Shown here piece after piece: positions 25,361 through 29,313 of a stretch of 29,313 nucleotides of DNA (positions are counted from its first letter, which is position 1; every line of letters starts with the position of its first letter). The position numbers and the translations under genes are program-made. Source of the DNA: PVC group bacterium (lineage in GTDB: Bacteria > Auribacterota > Erginobacteria > Erginobacterales > Erginobacteraceae); contig JAZDIV010000012.1 in NCBI GenBank assembly GCA_043804695.1, positions 1 through 29,313 on the forward strand. Reading direction: 5' to 3'. The notes beneath the pieces were generated by a model. That model ran no database searches. It was not told the origin of the DNA and saw only the letters and a list, made by a program, of their open reading frames with translations.

Positions 25361-26353
25361 CTATTTGCCCGGGAAGATATGGAGGCCGGCGGGGGCGGCG
25401 CCGCCCGTACGGTCGGCCAGGAAGATGTTCCCGATCTGGCTCAGGCACTCCCGGGCGAATTCCAGGTAGAGGCGTTTTCTGGTGATCTCGGGGACCTTTC
25501 CGTACTCAAAGACCAGCTTCAGGAACCGCTCGGACTCGCCTTTTGCCGCCTGGACTGTTTTATCCCGATAGGCCGCGGCCTCCTTTTTCTTCCGGTCGCC
25601 TTCCGCCCGCGCCCGGGCGATCTCTTCGTTGGCGTATGACTCCGCCCGGCTTTCCATCTTCTTTTTGTCGATCTGGGCGTTGATGACATCGTCAAAATAA
25701 GACTGGACGACGGAAGGCGGACGGATGTCCTTGATGTCAACCCGGTCGATGGTGATCCCGCAGTTGTTCTGGTCGAGTTTCTTCTGGGCGCGGATCTGGA
25801 TCTGCTCCTTGATCTCGTCCTTCCCGCTGGTGAGAATGAGGTCGACCGGCCGCACCGCCAGAAGATGGATGGTCTCCCGGCAGATGATATCCCGCAGGAG
25901 CATTTGCTTCTGATTCGCCCCGAAGACGTAATCGAACGGGTCGGAGAACTTGTACTGGACGATGACGCTGATATCCACCGCGTTGTTGTCTCCGGAGAGG
26001 GAATAGGACTCAAGGCCGGTCAACGCATAAAAAATGTCGGCCCGGGAGTTTTCCCGGGAGTCCTGATAAAAGTCATCCACCACTAAACTCTCCGATTTTC
26101 TCACCGGCACTTTATACACCCGGCTGAAGGGAGGAGGGAGGGTGTAGTGCAGCCCGGGAAGCACGCGCTTGTCAGCCACCCGCCCCAGCACCTCCAGGAC
26201 GCCCAGTTCGTCGGTCCTGATGGTGTAGAATCCGAGGCTGAGGTAGAACAGGCACACCGCCAGCCCGATCCACCTCACGAAACGCCTGGCATGACGGACG
26301 GCGTTCTGCAGCTCGCTCCCCACGGTCCCGGTTTTTTCAGCGTTCTCGTTCAT
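25361..26353 (-). CDS. hflK: HflK-like SPFH-domain membrane protein
   Basis: One TM helix, PGLHYTLPPPF, LSGDNNAVDI, DIRPPSVVQSYFDDVINA, AKGESERF, PEITRKRLYLE. Confidence 0.88.
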   Translation of the reverse strand: MNENAEKTGTVGSELQNAVRHARRFVRWIGLAVCLFYLSLGFYTIRTDELGVLEVLGRVADKRVLPGLHYTLPPPFSRVYKVPVRKSESLVVDDFYQDSRENSRADIFYALTGLESYSLSGDNNAVDISVIVQYKFSDPFDYVFGANQKQMLLRDIICRETIHLLAVRPVDLILTSGKDEIKEQIQIRAQKKLDQNNCGITIDRVDIKDIRPPSVVQSYFDDVINAQIDKKKMESRAESYANEEIARARAEGDRKKKEAAAYRDKTVQAAKGESERFLKLVFEYGKVPEITRKRLYLEFARECLSQIGNIFLADRTGGAAPAGLHIFPGK

Positions 26354-26372
26354 GACGGCCCGGCGGGTTTGC

Positions 26373-27272
26373 CTACTGTCCGCTCCCTTCTTCGGGCGAC
26401 TTTTTCGGCAGAAGAAACCGGAAAAGATCGGAGTCGAGGGAAAGGATCAGAGTGGTTTCCCGCCCCAGAATCTTGCGGTAGGTGTCAAGCGAATCCAAGA
26501 ATTCAAAGAGATCGGGGGCTTGGCTGTAAGCCTCTCCCCGGATCCTGATCGCCTCTTTGTCGCCTTCCCCTTTGGCGATCTCGGCGTCCCGGCTTGCTTC
26601 CGCCAGAATCCGGGAGACCTGCATGTCGGCCTCCGCCTCGATCTTGGCCGCCGCCTCGCCTCCTTCCGCCCGGTATTTCTTGGCTTCCTTTTCCCGGTCC
26701 GACTTCATCCGATTGTAAACGGATTCGGTGACGATGGCGGGATAGGTAATCCGGCGGATCCCGAGATCGACCACGGTCAGTCCGTACTGTTCCCGGGCCT
26801 GTTCATTACACTCCCGGAGGATTCGTTCCTCGATCTCGGTCAGCCTGACTTTTTGCGGATCGGAGTTGATAATCTGGGAGAGGGTGTAATCTCCCAGAAC
26901 GTTCCCCAGCCGGGCATTGACCATGTCTCCCAGTTTGTCCTCGGCGATGGCAGCGGTCCCCAGCGACTGGAAGAAAACCAGCGGGTCGCTGATCTGCCAG
27001 CAGACGTAGCAGGTCATGATGATCGGGTTCTGGTCTTCCAGCATCAGCTGGATCGGCCGCGATTTAAAGACCTGGATGCGCTTGTCCAGGCGGTTGACTT
27101 TCGCCAGGAAGCCGGGGAGCTTCCGGTGCGGCCCGGGTTCCCGGACAATCCGGACCGGGTCGCCGAACCGGGTGACGATGACGGTCTCTTTCTCATTTAC
27201 GGTAAATATGCTCAGGGCGGCCAGGATGGCCAGGATGCCCAGGGCGATGAGGAGCAGTGTGATCTTTTTCAT
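26373..27272 (-). CDS. hflC: HflC-like SPFH-domain membrane protein
   Basis: IFTVNEKETVIVTRFGDP, WQISDP, VYNRMKSDR, AKKYRAEG, GEGDKEA, FEFLDSLDTYR, DSDLFRFL. Confidence 0.9.
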   Translation of the reverse strand: MKKITLLLIALGILAILAALSIFTVNEKETVIVTRFGDPVRIVREPGPHRKLPGFLAKVNRLDKRIQVFKSRPIQLMLEDQNPIIMTCYVCWQISDPLVFFQSLGTAAIAEDKLGDMVNARLGNVLGDYTLSQIINSDPQKVRLTEIEERILRECNEQAREQYGLTVVDLGIRRITYPAIVTESVYNRMKSDREKEAKKYRAEGGEAAAKIEAEADMQVSRILAEASRDAEIAKGEGDKEAIRIRGEAYSQAPDLFEFLDSLDTYRKILGRETTLILSLDSDLFRFLLPKKSPEEGSGQ

Positions 27273-27365
27273 GGTGTCCTCTTTTAAACTGCGAATGACG
27301 CGAATGTAATCTTGTACGTTTAGCTCGATCTTACTCGAAATCCCTTTCGAGCAGGGTATAGTTCA

Positions 27366-29108
27366 TTAGAACTGGCTGTCCAGAAATACCGGCTTGCCGT
27401 TTTTCAGCCAGATGTCCGGCGTCCCGACCGCGGGATCAACCAGCACGATCTGTTTGCCGGCCAGCGCCTCCTTGACCGCTTCCCGGTGAAGCATGGGTTT
27501 CGCAATCGAGGCATAGTCCTGGATCGCCGCCGCCCGGTCCGTGAACCGGCTGGCCTCCCCGGCGGCATTCTCTTTTTTATCCATGACGTATGATTTCGCC
27601 AGCATCGCGGTCTTGACCGCCCAGCCCCTGGCTTCCGGGATCGAGCTGTTCCGGTAACCGAGCGCCTGGTTAATCTTCTCCTCCTTCTCCTGCATGGCCG
27701 CGATGACCTGCTCATAGGAGTCGGCCACGGAGACGGGGGGATGGATGTCAATGATATTCACGGCGACGATCTCCAGTCCCGTCTTCAATCCGTCCAGTTT
27801 CTCCTGGACCTGCTCCTTGATCCGCCGCTCCATCGGCGACCGGTAAGCGGTTGCGATCTCGGTGAAGACATTCCCGGAAAAGATCTCCGTGATCAGACGG
27901 TCGGTCGCGTTATTGAGCAGCTCCTCCGGCATCCGAAAGCTGTAGGCATAGTCGAAGATGTTTTTGATCCGGTAATGAATGACCAGGTACGGATAGAAGA
28001 AATAATTCTCGGCCGAGAGGAAGGCTTCGTCCGTCCCGTGTTCCTTTGTCCAGAGCAGGGCGACAGCCCGGGGATCGGCGGTGTTTCCGATCGTCATTCT
28101 CCGGATTGAACGGGAATCGACGATGATGATCTTTTCCCCGGGCCAGGGAAGTTTCAGGTGAAGGCCGGGACCCAGCGGCGCTCCCCGGTTGATGACCTTG
28201 CCCAGCCGTTCCCGGATCCCCTCCGCCGCGGGGCCGATCACAACCAGAGAGTTGAGGAGGAGGAGGATCAGGACGCCCAGGCCGGCAACGAAAAGAGAGA
28301 GCCGGCGGAAACGGCCCCGGGCCTCCGCCGGGAGCTGATCCCAGTTGATGGCCTGGCCGACCCCTCTCCTGATCCGGTTCCAGGTCCGGGTATCCAGAGC
28401 GGCTGCCAGCATCCCGACCGCGACCCGGTCTTGCCACCCCGCCCGGCCGTGGAGAGACCACCAGAAATTGACGAACGTCTCCAGCGAGAAGGAGACGACG
28501 AAAACGATGACGATCACCGCTCCGATTTTGTCGATGTTGATCCCCAGCTGATCGATGCCCAGCTGGAGGGCGATCATGGTGCCCCCCGCGATCAGGGAAC
28601 CGACCATGTCGGCCTTGGAGTGAAGTCCGTCGGCGATCAACCCCGGCGAGTTCTCCCTCTTGCCGATCCGGATCTCGAAGATAGACACGATCAGAGAGCA
28701 AAAGGCGAAGAGGAGAAAAACCAGCCCGTAGATGAAGGGGGAGGCGATATTCGGGGCGGGGGCATAGAAAACCTTGTGGATCACCCCTCCGGCCGCCGCC
28801 AGGATGACGCAGCCGATAATGAGCGAGATCCATTTCTCCCGGGTCAGATTTTTCCAGGCCGCGCCCTTTCCCCGGAGAGGGGGCCCGTCAACCGTTTCCG
28901 GTTTTTCGGGGGGGATGAAGCGGGGATGCCGGGCCCCGGGGGAGACCGAAAAATAAACCAGAAGCGAGGTACCCACATCGGTCAGGCTGTGCCAGGCCTC
29001 CGCCAGGATCACCAGACTGCCGCTCATTGAAGCGAGGATGAATTTAAAAACCGTGAGCAGGAGGTTTAAGAGAGTGGAGACGGCGGCGGTTTTTTGCTTC
29101 ACATTCAT
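27366..29108 (-). CDS. Fusion of a cation diffusion facilitator (CDF) transmembrane domain and an HflK-like SPFH domain
   Basis: N-half SGSLVILAEAWHSLTD, SPGLIADGLHSKAD, IDKIGAVIV; C-half PGLHLKLPWP, IDIHPPVSVADSYEQVIAA, IPEARG, AAGEASRF; one continuous 580-aa ORF. Confidence 0.85.
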   Translation of the reverse strand: MNVKQKTAAVSTLLNLLLTVFKFILASMSGSLVILAEAWHSLTDVGTSLLVYFSVSPGARHPRFIPPEKPETVDGPPLRGKGAAWKNLTREKWISLIIGCVILAAAGGVIHKVFYAPAPNIASPFIYGLVFLLFAFCSLIVSIFEIRIGKRENSPGLIADGLHSKADMVGSLIAGGTMIALQLGIDQLGINIDKIGAVIVIVFVVSFSLETFVNFWWSLHGRAGWQDRVAVGMLAAALDTRTWNRIRRGVGQAINWDQLPAEARGRFRRLSLFVAGLGVLILLLLNSLVVIGPAAEGIRERLGKVINRGAPLGPGLHLKLPWPGEKIIIVDSRSIRRMTIGNTADPRAVALLWTKEHGTDEAFLSAENYFFYPYLVIHYRIKNIFDYAYSFRMPEELLNNATDRLITEIFSGNVFTEIATAYRSPMERRIKEQVQEKLDGLKTGLEIVAVNIIDIHPPVSVADSYEQVIAAMQEKEEKINQALGYRNSSIPEARGWAVKTAMLAKSYVMDKKENAAGEASRFTDRAAAIQDYASIAKPMLHREAVKEALAGKQIVLVDPAVGTPDIWLKNGKPVFLDSQF

Positions 29109-29109
29109 A

Positions 29110-29136
29110 TAAATTAGCGCCTCCGGCGCTAATTTA
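29110..29136. repeat. Family C hairpin immediately upstream of the CDF-HflK start codon
   Basis: TAAATTAGCGCC-TCC-GGCGCTAATTTA, perfect 12-bp stem; GGAGG on the minus strand. Confidence 0.85.
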
Positions 29137-29255
29137 GAAGAATTGGAGTGAATTGTACCTTTTCAACGTGTAGCAGACCGATGATTATCCAAGAATTAGT
29201 TTGAATGCAACTGCTCAATAAACAACGGTAAGCCTTTAGCGTAACAAAACTAAAC

Positions 29256-29313
29256 AAAATATTTTTCCCTGGTTGCTTTTTCGCCTGTTTCGGAATTTCC
29301 ATAATCGGATTTT
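29256..29313. repeat. Partial copy (cut by the window end) of the palindromic element at 13334-13416
   Basis: TCGCCTGTTTCGGAATTTCCATAATCGGATTTT aligns without gaps to the reverse complement of 13359-13391, TCGACTGTTTCGGGAGTTCAATAATCGGATTTT. Confidence 0.65.

Noticed and set aside
1..29313. CRISPR array, tRNA or rRNA
   Set aside because: Repeats are dispersed palindromes or short tandem units, with no regular repeat-spacer array, cas gene or tRNA/rRNA signature seen.

Overview
A 29.3-kb bacterial chromosomal window, mostly GC-rich coding DNA with AT-rich, repeat-dense intergenic spacers; taxonomy cannot be fixed from the sequence. In order: TPR protein and mutM (+); a molybdenum-cofactor cluster moaA-moaC-mog (-) split by a REP-associated tyrosine (HUH) transposase; repair/redox genes (AlkD-like glycosylase, exported MsrAB, flavodoxin-fold oxidoreductase, GmhB-like HAD phosphatase, Tat-signal ATC-hydrolase-like protein); a decayed IS66/DUF4338 chimera next to a GNAT remnant; an MBOAT + SGNH O-acyltransferase pair; a BrnT-like toxin-antitoxin pair; proA; a 12-gene DUF134-led Fe-S/metal-cofactor cluster resembling the Desulfovibrio orange-protein (ORP) locus, headed by a perfect 20-bp palindrome over its -10 box; and a convergent three-gene operon of a CDF-transporter/HflK fusion, HflC and HflK. 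Most interesting: the CDF-SPFH fusion operon, the DUF134 operator candidate, a RAYT whose REP is embedded in-frame in its own coding sequence, and several families of small palindromes, some nested and many sitting on start or stop codons. All family calls come from motifs recognised by eye, not database searches. No rRNA, tRNA or CRISPR array was seen.
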